From IMG/VR virus record IMGVR_UViG_3300027891_000003, positions 1-40,278 of that record: a stretch of DNA of 40,278 nt; one strand, written 5' to 3'. Both the position numbers and the translations under genes were made by a program. The notes under the pieces are model-generated. The model was not told the origin of the DNA. It worked only from the letters and a program-made list of their open reading frames with translations, and searched no databases. The first letter of the stretch is position 1; the number at the start of each line of letters is the position of its first letter. This document shows positions 1 through 8,011 of this stretch, piece after piece. The DNA comes from a virus.

Positions 1-119
1 AATTGGATTTGTCATGGAAATTGGAGTTGACGAAATGATATTGGATTGACTGCAAAGATGGCGAATGGATATATTCGATTAAGCAGAAAGTTTTTTTCAG
101 GCCATTACTGGATTCAGGA
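1..119. repeat. Terminal direct repeat, copy 1 (identical to 40160-40278)
   Basis: Read by eye: nt 1-119 (aattggatttgtcatgg...gattcagga) recur exactly as the last 119 nt. This implies a circular or terminally redundant genome with about 40,159 bp of unique sequence. Confidence 0.95.
2..50 (+). repeat. Three phased ATTGGA(N)TTGWC direct repeats 5' of the replication gene
   Basis: ATTGGAtTTGtC (2-13), ATTGGAgTTGAC (20-31), ATTGGA-TTGAC (40-50). Spacing is 18-20 bp, directly upstream of ATG 58. Confidence 0.6.
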
Positions 120-867
120 ACGCGCCTACAGCTATGCCGAGGCATGGCTGGATTTAATCGTTATGGCACGGTATCAAACCGAGCCGGGGATTAAAACGCT
201 CGCATCAGGTCGCACGGTGAACGTACTACGGGGCGAATTACACGCCAGTTTGAGGTTCTTGTCCGAAAGATGGGGTTGGGGTGTCGATAAATGCCGACTT
301 TTCCTTGCTAAGGCGGAAAAAAACAATGAGATCGAACATAGAGTCGAACATCGCGAAACGATCTTAAAGCTAGTCAATTACGATAGATACAACCCGCCTC
401 CTGACGAAAATCGAACATCGACCAGTACATCGACCGAACATCGACCAGTACATCGACCAGTACATCGACCAGTACATCGACCAGTACATCGACCAGTACA
501 AATAAGAAGAAAGAGAAGAACTCAAAAAGGAAAAGAAGGGGGAGAAGGTGCGCCCCCCCACCCCCCAAATTCTGATTTTTTTGAAAATTCGGAGTTGAAT
601 TCCGTTTTTTGTGATTTTCTGGAGCAAAGAGCGGTCAAAGATACGAAATGTAACACGCCAAAGGCTGTGGAGTTGCTCGTGCGTAAGTTATCAGGGGTTC
701 CTGTCGATATGGCGAAACGTATGATCGAAACATCCATCGAAAACAACTGGAAGGGCGTGTTCCCGGAAAAACAGAATGCAAGAACGGAGAAAACCAAATC
801 CAATCGTGAAAACAAGTACGCAGAGATTGACGAAATGTTCATGGTGAGAGATGACGACGAAAATTGA
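58..867 (+). CDS. Replication initiator / replisome organiser (lambda O / DnaD-like)
   Basis: ORF 46-867 with first ATG at 58 (MANGYIRLSRKFF..AWLDLIVMA..). The N-terminal pattern is typical of phage replisome-organiser winged-helix domains. It has a central HRPV x5 repeat and is followed directly by a DnaC-like loader. Confidence 0.75.
   Translation: MANGYIRLSRKFFSGHYWIQERAYSYAEAWLDLIVMARYQTEPGIKTLASGRTVNVLRGELHASLRFLSERWGWGVDKCRLFLAKAEKNNEIEHRVEHRETILKLVNYDRYNPPPDENRTSTSTSTEHRPVHRPVHRPVHRPVHRPVQIRRKRRTQKGKEGGEGAPPHPPNSDFFENSELNSVFCDFLEQRAVKDTKCNTPKAVELLVRKLSGVPVDMAKRMIETSIENNWKGVFPEKQNARTEKTKSNRENKYAEIDEMFMVRDDDEN
415..500 (+). repeat. Tandem 12-nt repeat ACATCGACCAGT (about 7 units, 5 perfect) inside the replication gene; iteron-like
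   Basis: acatcgaccagt at 415, a degenerate 11-nt unit at 427, then perfect units at 438, 450, 462, 474 and 486. Related tcgaacat motifs lie at 331-360. A purine-rich tract (498-545) and a C7-A-C6 run (554-567) follow. Confidence 0.85.
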
Positions 868-1705
868 AGAAGCAAACCGCAGAATCCACGAATACCGGGA
901 GAGTATCGCATATCGCGAAGCTGATGCTGCACTGGAAAAAATCGGGTACGGCAACTTTGTCGGGAAAGTGTTTTTCTATAAACCAAAAGTAGGTTTCAAG
1001 GAAACCATCGTGAGTTTCGAATGCGAAAAATGCCATGATCGCGGTATCATTCTCACTGAAAATGTAGGACTTCCATGCGATTGCGTCAAAAAAAGAGTGT
1101 CCCTGCGTGCGCTGGAAAAAATCGGGTACGGCATTCGGAATCTCAAATCGTTTGAGTCCTACATGCCGAAAAATAAGGCACAAACCAAAGCAAAACGATT
1201 GTGCGAAATGTTCGCGGACGATTTTTGTAATGGAAATGACGCCATGCCGTGGATTGTGCTTTCCGGCCAGAGCGGGGCGGGGAAAACGCACCTCATGCAG
1301 GCAGTCATCAAACGAATTATCGAATCGGGAAAACTCGTGTCCATGAGAGTCATGCGTTTTGTCGAGGACTTGCAGCGCATGAAAGACTATTCCGATGAAA
1401 ACGCGAGAGCGTCGCTATTGCAGGAGTATTGCAAATGCGACCTGCTTTACATCGATGATTTTTTGAAATCCTACAAAGGCTTGACCGGAGAACACATCTC
1501 AAAACCGGACTTGAATCAGTTGTTTCCTCTGATCGACACGCGATACAGGGAATGCCTGCCGACGATCATTTCCACGGAATTGTCTGTTTCGCAAATCATC
1601 GGTTTTGACGAAGCCATCGGTGGGCGAATCGTTGAACGATGCAACGGAAACATCGTTGTGTTCAATGGAGACCATTTAAATCACAGACTCAAGGTGACGC
1701 CATGA
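851..1705 (+). CDS. DnaC/IstB-like AAA+ helicase loader with N-terminal zinc motif
   Basis: Walker A GQSGAGKTH, Walker B DLLYIDDF, CEKCHDRG..CDC motif. The start overlaps the end of the initiator gene. Confidence 0.85.
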   Translation: MTTKIEEANRRIHEYRESIAYREADAALEKIGYGNFVGKVFFYKPKVGFKETIVSFECEKCHDRGIILTENVGLPCDCVKKRVSLRALEKIGYGIRNLKSFESYMPKNKAQTKAKRLCEMFADDFCNGNDAMPWIVLSGQSGAGKTHLMQAVIKRIIESGKLVSMRVMRFVEDLQRMKDYSDENARASLLQEYCKCDLLYIDDFLKSYKGLTGEHISKPDLNQLFPLIDTRYRECLPTIISTELSVSQIIGFDEAIGGRIVERCNGNIVVFNGDHLNHRLKVTP

Positions 1706-2313
1706 CAAAACAGAAACCGATCATCTTTTCGCCGGAATCCGTGAAGGCCATCATTGACGGTCGTAAGACGCAAACGAGACGGGCGGTGAAACTGATAAAC
1801 AACAACGTCATCTGTTTTAAGCCGGTCTTGGACGAGGACGGGACTTTCACCTGCGGCAATCAGGTGGATTGTGCCGATATGGGATGCCCCAAAAAACCGC
1901 GTTACAAAACCGGCGATGTGCTGTGGGTGAAAGAAGCGTTCATCAATTATGAATCCGGGGCAGAGAGTGAGGTTTCGGAATCCATTGTGTTTTACAAAGC
2001 GGCAGACGAAGAAGCCTGGTCTGAGTTTGCAAATATTCCCATCCATCAGGCATCATGGCAAAACCCCATGTTCATGCCGCGTCGGTTCGCCCGGCTGTTT
2101 CTGCGCGTCACCGGCGTGCGCTGTGAGAGGTTGGGTGATATTCGACTGCATCTTGACGATGCTATCGCCGAAGGAATGGAACACCCCTACGCACTGGCGG
2201 ACTTTATCAGGCATTGGAACGAAATCAACGGCAAAAAACACCCGTGGGACTCGAACCCGTGGGTTTGGGTCTATGAGTTCGAGAGAATCGATATGAATCA
2301 GATGTCGGGTTGA
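1702..2313 (+). CDS. ASCH/PUA-like conserved phage protein
   Basis: ATGA overlap with the upstream stop. The N-terminus MTKQKPIIFSPESVKAIIDGRKTQTRR matches the common phage ASCH-like family signature. Confidence 0.7.
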   Translation: MTKQKPIIFSPESVKAIIDGRKTQTRRAVKLINNNVICFKPVLDEDGTFTCGNQVDCADMGCPKKPRYKTGDVLWVKEAFINYESGAESEVSESIVFYKAADEEAWSEFANIPIHQASWQNPMFMPRRFARLFLRVTGVRCERLGDIRLHLDDAIAEGMEHPYALADFIRHWNEINGKKHPWDSNPWVWVYEFERIDMNQMSG

Positions 2314-2460
2314 CTGCCGAACGCCCCGCACAGGCCGTTTTATTGAATTGTACGAAAATTTTTCGAAGGTACTTTTCGAGATTTTATATTAGCTGGGGTA
2401 TGGCAAAGATCAAGGGCTTTCTTTGAATAAGTATATCAAAAATCAATACACATAAATACA

Positions 2461-3690
2461 ATGCAAATCAGAGACCGAGTTAAAGAGCTACGCCGCGTTC
2501 CGGCGAGCGAGTTGAAACCAAATCCCAAGAACTGGCGGACGCACCCCAAAGAGCAGCAGGACGCCCTGCGCGGCATACTGGCCGATATTGGCTTTGCCGA
2601 CGCCCTGATCGCCCGCGAGCTTGCCGACGGTTCGCTCGAATTAATCGACGGTCACTTGCGGGCGGAGACGACGCCCGACATGCAAATTCCGGTGCTCATT
2701 TTGGATTTGAACGACGAGGAGGCCGGGAAGTTGCTTGCCGTGCTCGATCCGCTTGCGGCAATGGCCGAAACGGATCAGGCATCGCTCGACGCGCTGATTG
2801 CCTCCATTCACACGGACAATGATGCCTTGCAAGAGATGCTTGACTCGCTTGCCACGCCGGATGTCATAGAAACGGAAGAGGTCGGCGTCCCGGACGAAGT
2901 GGAAGCGGTTACTCAACTCGGCGACATCTGGCTACTCGGAAGGCACCGTTTGATGTGCGGTGACAGTGCCAAATTGGACGATGTGGAAACTCTCATGGCC
3001 GGGACAAAGGCTGACATGATTTTTACTGACCCGCCTTATGGTGTGGCGATAGGCGATAAAAACAAGCAAATGAATAAATTCAAAAAGCTTAAAAAAGGCA
3101 GTATTGAGAAAAACATCGTGAATGACTGTGCGAGTGAGGACGAGTTGTACAAAATTTTGTTGCCATGTTTCGTCAATATCAAAAACCATCTGAATGACTG
3201 TGCCGCAGTTTATGTCACCGCGCCGCAAGGCGGAGGACTCGGCTTGATGATGATGATGATGATGATGAAAGAAGCCGGTCTTGATGTGAGGCATATTCTG
3301 ATATGGGTGAAGAACAGTCCTACGTTTTCGATGGTCAGACTGGATTACGACTATCAGCACGAACCGATACTTTTTACATGGAACAAAACGCACAAGCGTC
3401 GGAAACTCGGCAAGCATCAAACATCGTGCTGGTTCATTGACAAAGAACAGGTTTGCGGAGTTCATCCGACCATGAAACCGATTGCCCTGATCGAAAACGC
3501 CCTGCTCAACTCCAGCGACGAGAGCGATACGATCATGGATTTGTTCGGCGGAAGCGGTTCGACGCTGATCGCCTGCGAACAACTGGGCAGGACGTGTCGC
3601 ATGATGGAGATTGACCCGCACTACTGCGATGTCATTATCAAACGCTGGGAAGAGTTTACCGGAAATAAGGCGGTTCGTCAGGAGGCGTAA
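2461..3690 (+). CDS. ParB-like nuclease domain fused to a beta-class (N6A/N4C) DNA methyltransferase
   Basis: N-terminus ELKPNPKNWRTHP...IDGHLR (ParB-N pattern). Motif IV FTDPPYG precedes motif I DLFGGSGST. No adjacent restriction gene, so it looks like an orphan phage MTase. Confidence 0.85.
   Translation: MQIRDRVKELRRVPASELKPNPKNWRTHPKEQQDALRGILADIGFADALIARELADGSLELIDGHLRAETTPDMQIPVLILDLNDEEAGKLLAVLDPLAAMAETDQASLDALIASIHTDNDALQEMLDSLATPDVIETEEVGVPDEVEAVTQLGDIWLLGRHRLMCGDSAKLDDVETLMAGTKADMIFTDPPYGVAIGDKNKQMNKFKKLKKGSIEKNIVNDCASEDELYKILLPCFVNIKNHLNDCAAVYVTAPQGGGLGLMMMMMMMKEAGLDVRHILIWVKNSPTFSMVRLDYDYQHEPILFTWNKTHKRRKLGKHQTSCWFIDKEQVCGVHPTMKPIALIENALLNSSDESDTIMDLFGGSGSTLIACEQLGRTCRMMEIDPHYCDVIIKRWEEFTGNKAVRQEA
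3247..3267 (+). repeat. (ATG)7 trinucleotide microsatellite encoding Met7 inside the methyltransferase
   Basis: atgatgatgatgatgatgatg read directly; in frame with ORF 2461-3690. Confidence 0.95.
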
Positions 3691-3694
3691 GTCA

Positions 3695-3868
3695 ATGGAA
3701 ACAAACCAACTCAGTGCCGAACAACTTGTCAAACTGCTGAAAACAGCAGGGTCGAAGCACATCTCGGAGGATATGTTGCAGCGGGACATTGATGACGGCG
3801 ACTTTGCCGACGCGAACGGCAACATGAAAATTTTGGATTACCTTGCATGGATGATTGCCAACGATTGA
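3695..3868 (+). CDS. Small protein, possible terminase small-subunit-like DNA-recognition module
   Basis: 57 aa. The ATG lies 5 nt after the MTase stop. It shares the motif L-S/T-x-x-Q-L/F-x-K/R-L...N-M/I-x-I/L-x-x-F/Y-x-AWM with the N-terminus of the terminase ORF. Confidence 0.5.
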   Translation: METNQLSAEQLVKLLKTAGSKHISEDMLQRDIDDGDFADANGNMKILDYLAWMIAND

Positions 3869-3885
3869 AAGTCAGGAGTTGTGAT

Positions 3886-4248
3886 ATGAATCAAGAACGA
3901 CCTATTTGCACAAAAGAGGGCGTGACAACAGATGACTGCCATGCTTACTTCGGTGGTCATTGCATGACTGGTGGTGGTTGCATGTGGAGAGAACCGCAAT
4001 GGTTGCCACATGAATGCACACCTGCCGCTCCCGTCCTTGCATGGACGAAAACGTTGCCGACCGAAAAGGATGTGGGGAAATACTTTTTAGTAAGAATTCC
4101 TGGTCTAAAGGAAGCGACTCATCTTTGCGGATGTTATATCAAAACAAGTTCACGTAAGAAAATCAAACCGCTCATGCTTGGAACTATGCCAATATCTTAT
4201 TATACAGGTGAGATTGAGTATGAATTTCTCGGCCCTTTACCGGAGTGA
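3886..4248 (+). CDS. Cys/His-rich N-domain + DUF551-like C-domain protein (mosaic paralogue of 38954 and 39337 ORFs)
   Basis: AGGAG at 3874-3878, ATG at 3886. ICTKEGVTTDDCHAYFGGHCM resembles KCTKPGMTIDECHACNGGYCM of ORF 39337. PVLAWTKTLPTEKDVGKYF...EFLGPLPE resembles the C-terminus of ORF 38954. Confidence 0.7.
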   Translation: MNQERPICTKEGVTTDDCHAYFGGHCMTGGGCMWREPQWLPHECTPAAPVLAWTKTLPTEKDVGKYFLVRIPGLKEATHLCGCYIKTSSRKKIKPLMLGTMPISYYTGEIEYEFLGPLPE

Positions 4249-4251
4249 CAA

Positions 4252-6669
4252 ATGGACTTACAAAAACTGACGCTCGCCCAATTCACACGTCTTGTCAATT
4301 CCACAAAGTACGGCACGGTGATGACCAAGTCGAAGGCCATCGAATGGCAGGATCAGGGCGGGATGCAGGTCGGAGATATTTTGAACAAAAACATCAACCT
4401 GTACAAGTTCACGGCGTGGATGTTCGACCGCCGTGTCAACCAAAGACGAAAACGCGCGGAACGCAGAGAAGACCGCAGGTATATACAGAACGAAGCAAAC
4501 AAACTCTTGCATCGCGAGACAAGAGAAGCAAACGCGGATATTGGAGAAATACCTGAGTGTGAGGACATGGCGCGTCGCGAAAGTTGCCGGGACTCTCTTG
4601 AACAGTTCATTCTCACCTACATCAAGCCGTCCATTCCCCACTGGAGGCCATTCAATAAATATCACTACCAACTGATCGAAGGAGTGGAAAGTTCGATCAA
4701 GCAACAGAAGTGCATCGCGTTTGCTTTGCCGAGGGCGTTTTTCAAAACATTTGTTTTGAGAGCGGGACTGCTGTGGGCGATTCTTTACCACAACAAAAAG
4801 CACAAATGTTTCGCCGTCACTTGCTCGACACTCAGAAAGACTTACACCACGTTCCGTTATATCATTCAAAATTTTGTTTCCGAAAAAGGTTTGATTTATC
4901 GTGATTTTCCTGAGTTGTGTTACCCGTTAAAAATTCTTTACGACAATCCCAAACGCCCGAGCACCTATCGCGGCGAACGCATACGCGGAAGTTTGGCCAA
5001 AGACCTGATCATTTTTCCATTTATTGAAGGCAGCCCCTATTCCGGTATCACGATTTCCATGTTCAGCATGGGAACGGAAGACATTCGCGGGACGGACACG
5101 ACCATCGACGGCGTGACCTATCGCACATCGATGGTATTTATTGACGACCCGCAAAACAACGAGACGGCACGCAGTAAAACGACGATTATCAATTACGATC
5201 ATAAACTGAATCAGGAAATCATGTTTCTCGCCGGGGACGACCCGGAAACAGGAAAGCAGCTCCCCACGACGGTTATTGTGGCCTGCACCTGCATCGGCGT
5301 GGACGATTTGGCCGAGCAGATTCTTGATCATAAAATTTACCCTCAGTATCGCGGTATCAAGGTTCCACGTCTGTTGAAAATGCCGGACTTGAGAAAGTGG
5401 TCGCTGTACAAGGACGTGAGAAATGCTGCCATACTTCAGGGGAAACAGGAACTGGCCACGCAGTATTATCTTGAACACAGAGAGGAACTGGACGCGGGGG
5501 CGGAGTGTATCGAAGATCATTTTGCATCCCATCAAGCCAGCGGAATTCAAGCTGCGATGGACATGTGGTGCAATAACGAATATGCCTTTTGGACCGAGCA
5601 ACAACAGAATCCCCACATGGCGCAATATGCCGTGTCGGGCGGGATCAGCGTCGATACCGTAACTCCGCCCATGATCGAGTCGCGCATGGTGAATATCAAC
5701 CGGCTTGTCATTCCATCAGAATCGCAGTTTATGGCGTCATTCATTGACGTCGGGAAAAATGTGTTGCACTACGAAACGACGGCGTTCGGTATCAAACGGA
5801 AATTCGCCCATGTTTTGGATTACTGTTTTTGGCCGGATCAGGGCGTCAGCCGCATCACGAAATCCACGCCGCGCGTCAAAATCGGCGATGCGTTTTACGG
5901 CGCGGACGAATTCGAGTGCCTATCCATTGCGCTAAGGGAATTGTTGTTTCACCTCACGCAACAAACCTATATCCTTCGAGACAAGGACGGTTCGCAAAGG
6001 CAAATGACGGAGGCGGATTTGTTGCGTCCGACGCAATACCGGCACGAATGGAGTGGTGACATTTACCCATTCTATTCTCTGATTGGGATTGACTGCACCG
6101 ATCAGACTTACGAGCAGACGATCTATGAAACCATCATCGCGTTTCAGGCGGATTGCCCGGCGTGGGAAAACCGCGTCATCCCGATGTACGCCGGATACGC
6201 GACAAACCGTTTGGTTTCACAATGGGATTTGAACTACGATCTCGGCGAACGGCAGCGCGGCAGGATGTTTGAGAACAAAGAATTTCAATCCAAGTATGGA
6301 AATACAAACTGCCACTGGATTGAGAATTCCAACAGAAATCTTGAAGTCAGGGAACGCAACCACCATGCCGTCCGCTACACGGTGTTTCGCGACGTGAACA
6401 AATTCAAGGAACGCGTGGTCAACACTTGGATCGACGGCACGACGTCCCTGTTCGCCCAAGACCCCGGCGATTTGCAGTGTTACGCCGAACACCAGAGCAA
6501 CGAAGTCCCAACAAAGGTTTACGTTGGAGGTTATGACTATTACCGTTTCAAGGAACGCAAGGGTGCCAATGGCAACGTGGATTACTTCGATTGTCGCGTC
6601 GGAACGGAAACGCTCTGCGATTACATCGGATGTTTTTCCGGGGTGAACCATGACAAGCCAAAATCGTGA
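4252..6669 (+). CDS. terL: Terminase large subunit with N-terminal extension of about 110 aa
   Basis: 805 aa. Degenerate P-loop region ALPRAFFKT, Walker B-like MVFIDDP, C-terminal nuclease-like acidic motifs (FIDVGKN, LIGIDCTD). Located at the head of the packaging/structural gene block, upstream of the portal but separated from it by the 6650-9362 island. Confidence 0.75.
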   Translation: MDLQKLTLAQFTRLVNSTKYGTVMTKSKAIEWQDQGGMQVGDILNKNINLYKFTAWMFDRRVNQRRKRAERREDRRYIQNEANKLLHRETREANADIGEIPECEDMARRESCRDSLEQFILTYIKPSIPHWRPFNKYHYQLIEGVESSIKQQKCIAFALPRAFFKTFVLRAGLLWAILYHNKKHKCFAVTCSTLRKTYTTFRYIIQNFVSEKGLIYRDFPELCYPLKILYDNPKRPSTYRGERIRGSLAKDLIIFPFIEGSPYSGITISMFSMGTEDIRGTDTTIDGVTYRTSMVFIDDPQNNETARSKTTIINYDHKLNQEIMFLAGDDPETGKQLPTTVIVACTCIGVDDLAEQILDHKIYPQYRGIKVPRLLKMPDLRKWSLYKDVRNAAILQGKQELATQYYLEHREELDAGAECIEDHFASHQASGIQAAMDMWCNNEYAFWTEQQQNPHMAQYAVSGGISVDTVTPPMIESRMVNINRLVIPSESQFMASFIDVGKNVLHYETTAFGIKRKFAHVLDYCFWPDQGVSRITKSTPRVKIGDAFYGADEFECLSIALRELLFHLTQQTYILRDKDGSQRQMTEADLLRPTQYRHEWSGDIYPFYSLIGIDCTDQTYEQTIYETIIAFQADCPAWENRVIPMYAGYATNRLVSQWDLNYDLGERQRGRMFENKEFQSKYGNTNCHWIENSNRNLEVRERNHHAVRYTVFRDVNKFKERVVNTWIDGTTSLFAQDPGDLQCYAEHQSNEVPTKVYVGGYDYYRFKERKGANGNVDYFDCRVGTETLCDYIGCFSGVNHDKPKS

Positions 6670-6877
6670 ACCGGGTTTCAAGTGCCCGATTTGTGGAAGA
6701 GGTCTTTACGTCTGTCACGTCCGGTTCAAGACGAAACAGGTCATGATACGCTACCGGAAATGCAAAGAAAGCAAAGGCGGTTGCGGCCATGAGGAGTTGA
6801 CTATCGAAAAGATTCTTGTATCAATAAACCAAGTGACTGCAATGGAGTCGTCGCAACGAATGATAACCTTTGAGTGA
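6650..6877 (+). CDS. Ogr/Delta-like zinc-finger transcription activator
   Basis: FKCPICGRG...IRYRKCKESKGGCGHEE gives a CxxC-N22-C-N6-C layout. Length of 75 aa is like P2 Ogr/Delta late activators. Confidence 0.6.
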   Translation: MTSQNREPGFKCPICGRGLYVCHVRFKTKQVMIRYRKCKESKGGCGHEELTIEKILVSINQVTAMESSQRMITFE

Positions 6878-6885
6878 GAGAGAAA

Positions 6886-7155
6886 ATGAAAACTATCTGG
6901 AAATTTCAAATGGAAATCACTGACGATGTGCAATTCATTCAGTTGCCTCAAGGATTCAAATTTATCCATTTTGAAATGCATGGAAAGAATCCCTGCTTTT
7001 GGGCAATCGTTGACAAACGGAAAAAACTCTGTGAATATCAGTTTGTGATAACCGGTACTGGTCAAGACATCCCGGAATCCGCAGTCTGGCTTGGAACATG
7101 TCTGGACCAAAGAAGTTCTTCCACTCTGGTTTGGCATTTGCACCATTTGATTTGA
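6886..7155 (+). CDS. Conserved small phage protein of unknown function
   Basis: ATG 6886 (MKTIWKFQMEITDDVQFIQLPQGFKFIHFEMHGKNPCFWAIVD...). Resembles a widespread small phage protein family with an MKxIWKY..L start. Confidence 0.55.
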   Translation: MKTIWKFQMEITDDVQFIQLPQGFKFIHFEMHGKNPCFWAIVDKRKKLCEYQFVITGTGQDIPESAVWLGTCLDQRSSSTLVWHLHHLI

Positions 7156-7168
7156 TACAAATTGATAA

Positions 7169-7501
7169 TCAATGATGTTTTCCAAAGAAGTATCTCAGAC
7201 CAAACCCCCACAAACCCAAGACAATCCCCAAGGTGTTTGTCAGGAAAGCAATCATCACAGGATCGGACAATTGAAAACAATCACAAGGGATGCCAACCAT
7301 AATCACAATGATTGCCGTGAAACCAAGCCAGATACAGGAAATCCATGCTAAAAGACGAATCAGCCACTTGCGATTTGTCATGTATTCCTGATGTAATTCC
7401 GCTCGTTCTTTTGCTGCCTGCTCGATCTCCACATCCGCTTGTGAGTCTTGTGGTAAAATTTTCGCAACGTTTTTAATAAAAGATTTTTCTTTCGGAGTCA
7501 C
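7169..7501 (-). CDS. Small 2-TM membrane protein, partner of the ImmA-like peptidase
   Basis: 110 aa. Charged N-terminal segment, then two hydrophobic helices (WLIRLLAWISCIWLGFTAIIVIMVGI, VMIAFLTNTLGIVLGLWGFGL). 4-nt overlap with the upstream gene. Confidence 0.65.
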   Translation of the reverse strand: MTPKEKSFIKNVAKILPQDSQADVEIEQAAKERAELHQEYMTNRKWLIRLLAWISCIWLGFTAIIVIMVGIPCDCFQLSDPVMIAFLTNTLGIVLGLWGFGLRYFFGKHH

Positions 7502-7989
7502 AGATATTGTCTCCTGATACGAATGACTTCAGCAGATACTCCGAACCACTTCGCAAACTGCGCATCCGTTGCATAAGGATACAATTCAAGATACTCACGT
7601 AAAAATATTTCAGGAACCAAAAGATTGCCAGCAAACCAGTTTGCCTCTTTTTCCATGTAGTTATTTTCCATTTGCGTTGTGTCACGCAATAGGACGCTGT
7701 AGCCTTCATTCAAGTGATGTCCACGCAAAAAATGGCCAAGTTCGTGAGCAATCGTAAAATTTTGTCTTACCGGCGGGTCTTCAGCATTCACTGCGATTGC
7801 CATTTCATCGGTATCGATAAAACCGGCAATGTCCTCGTGATCTTCGTTAAATTGAACACGATAGACTTTGAGACCGTAAGATGGCGCGAGCCGCGATGCT
7901 ATCACAGGAGGTCTGGCAACCATGTTCTGTTTGAGCACTTCTTTAGCCAGTTGTTTGACAGCGTTGTAATCAGGTTTTTCAAGAGACAT
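7498..7989 (-). CDS. ImmA/IrrE-family (COG2856/DUF955) zinc metallopeptidase, no HTH
   Basis: HEXXH in FTIAHELGHFLRGHH plus downstream EKEANWFAGNLLVPE. GGAGG RBS upstream. Confidence 0.8.
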   Translation of the reverse strand: MSLEKPDYNAVKQLAKEVLKQNMVARPPVIASRLAPSYGLKVYRVQFNEDHEDIAGFIDTDEMAIAVNAEDPPVRQNFTIAHELGHFLRGHHLNEGYSVLLRDTTQMENNYMEKEANWFAGNLLVPEIFLREYLELYPYATDAQFAKWFGVSAEVIRIRRQYL

Positions 7990-8011
7990 AAATTCACCTC
8001 CATTTTATTAC

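Noticed and set aside
415-500. The tandem repeats here and at 15426-15492 as CRISPR arrays
   Set aside because: The units are 12 nt and 7 nt with no spacers, and no cas genes are present. They are iteron-like and microsatellite-like repeats.
3879-3886. The TGTGATAT octamer (also at 28681 and in both halves of the 9417-9438 palindrome) as a dispersed regulator site
   Set aside because: There are only two extra half-sites, close to chance expectation for an 8-mer in 80 kb of two-strand sequence, and both simply overlap ATG start codons.
4245-4904. Alternative-frame ORFs inside the terminase gene (4245-4556, 4433-4675, 4710-4904 and minus-strand ORFs)
   Set aside because: They are nested in a long, motif-bearing ORF, and their products are basic and low-complexity.
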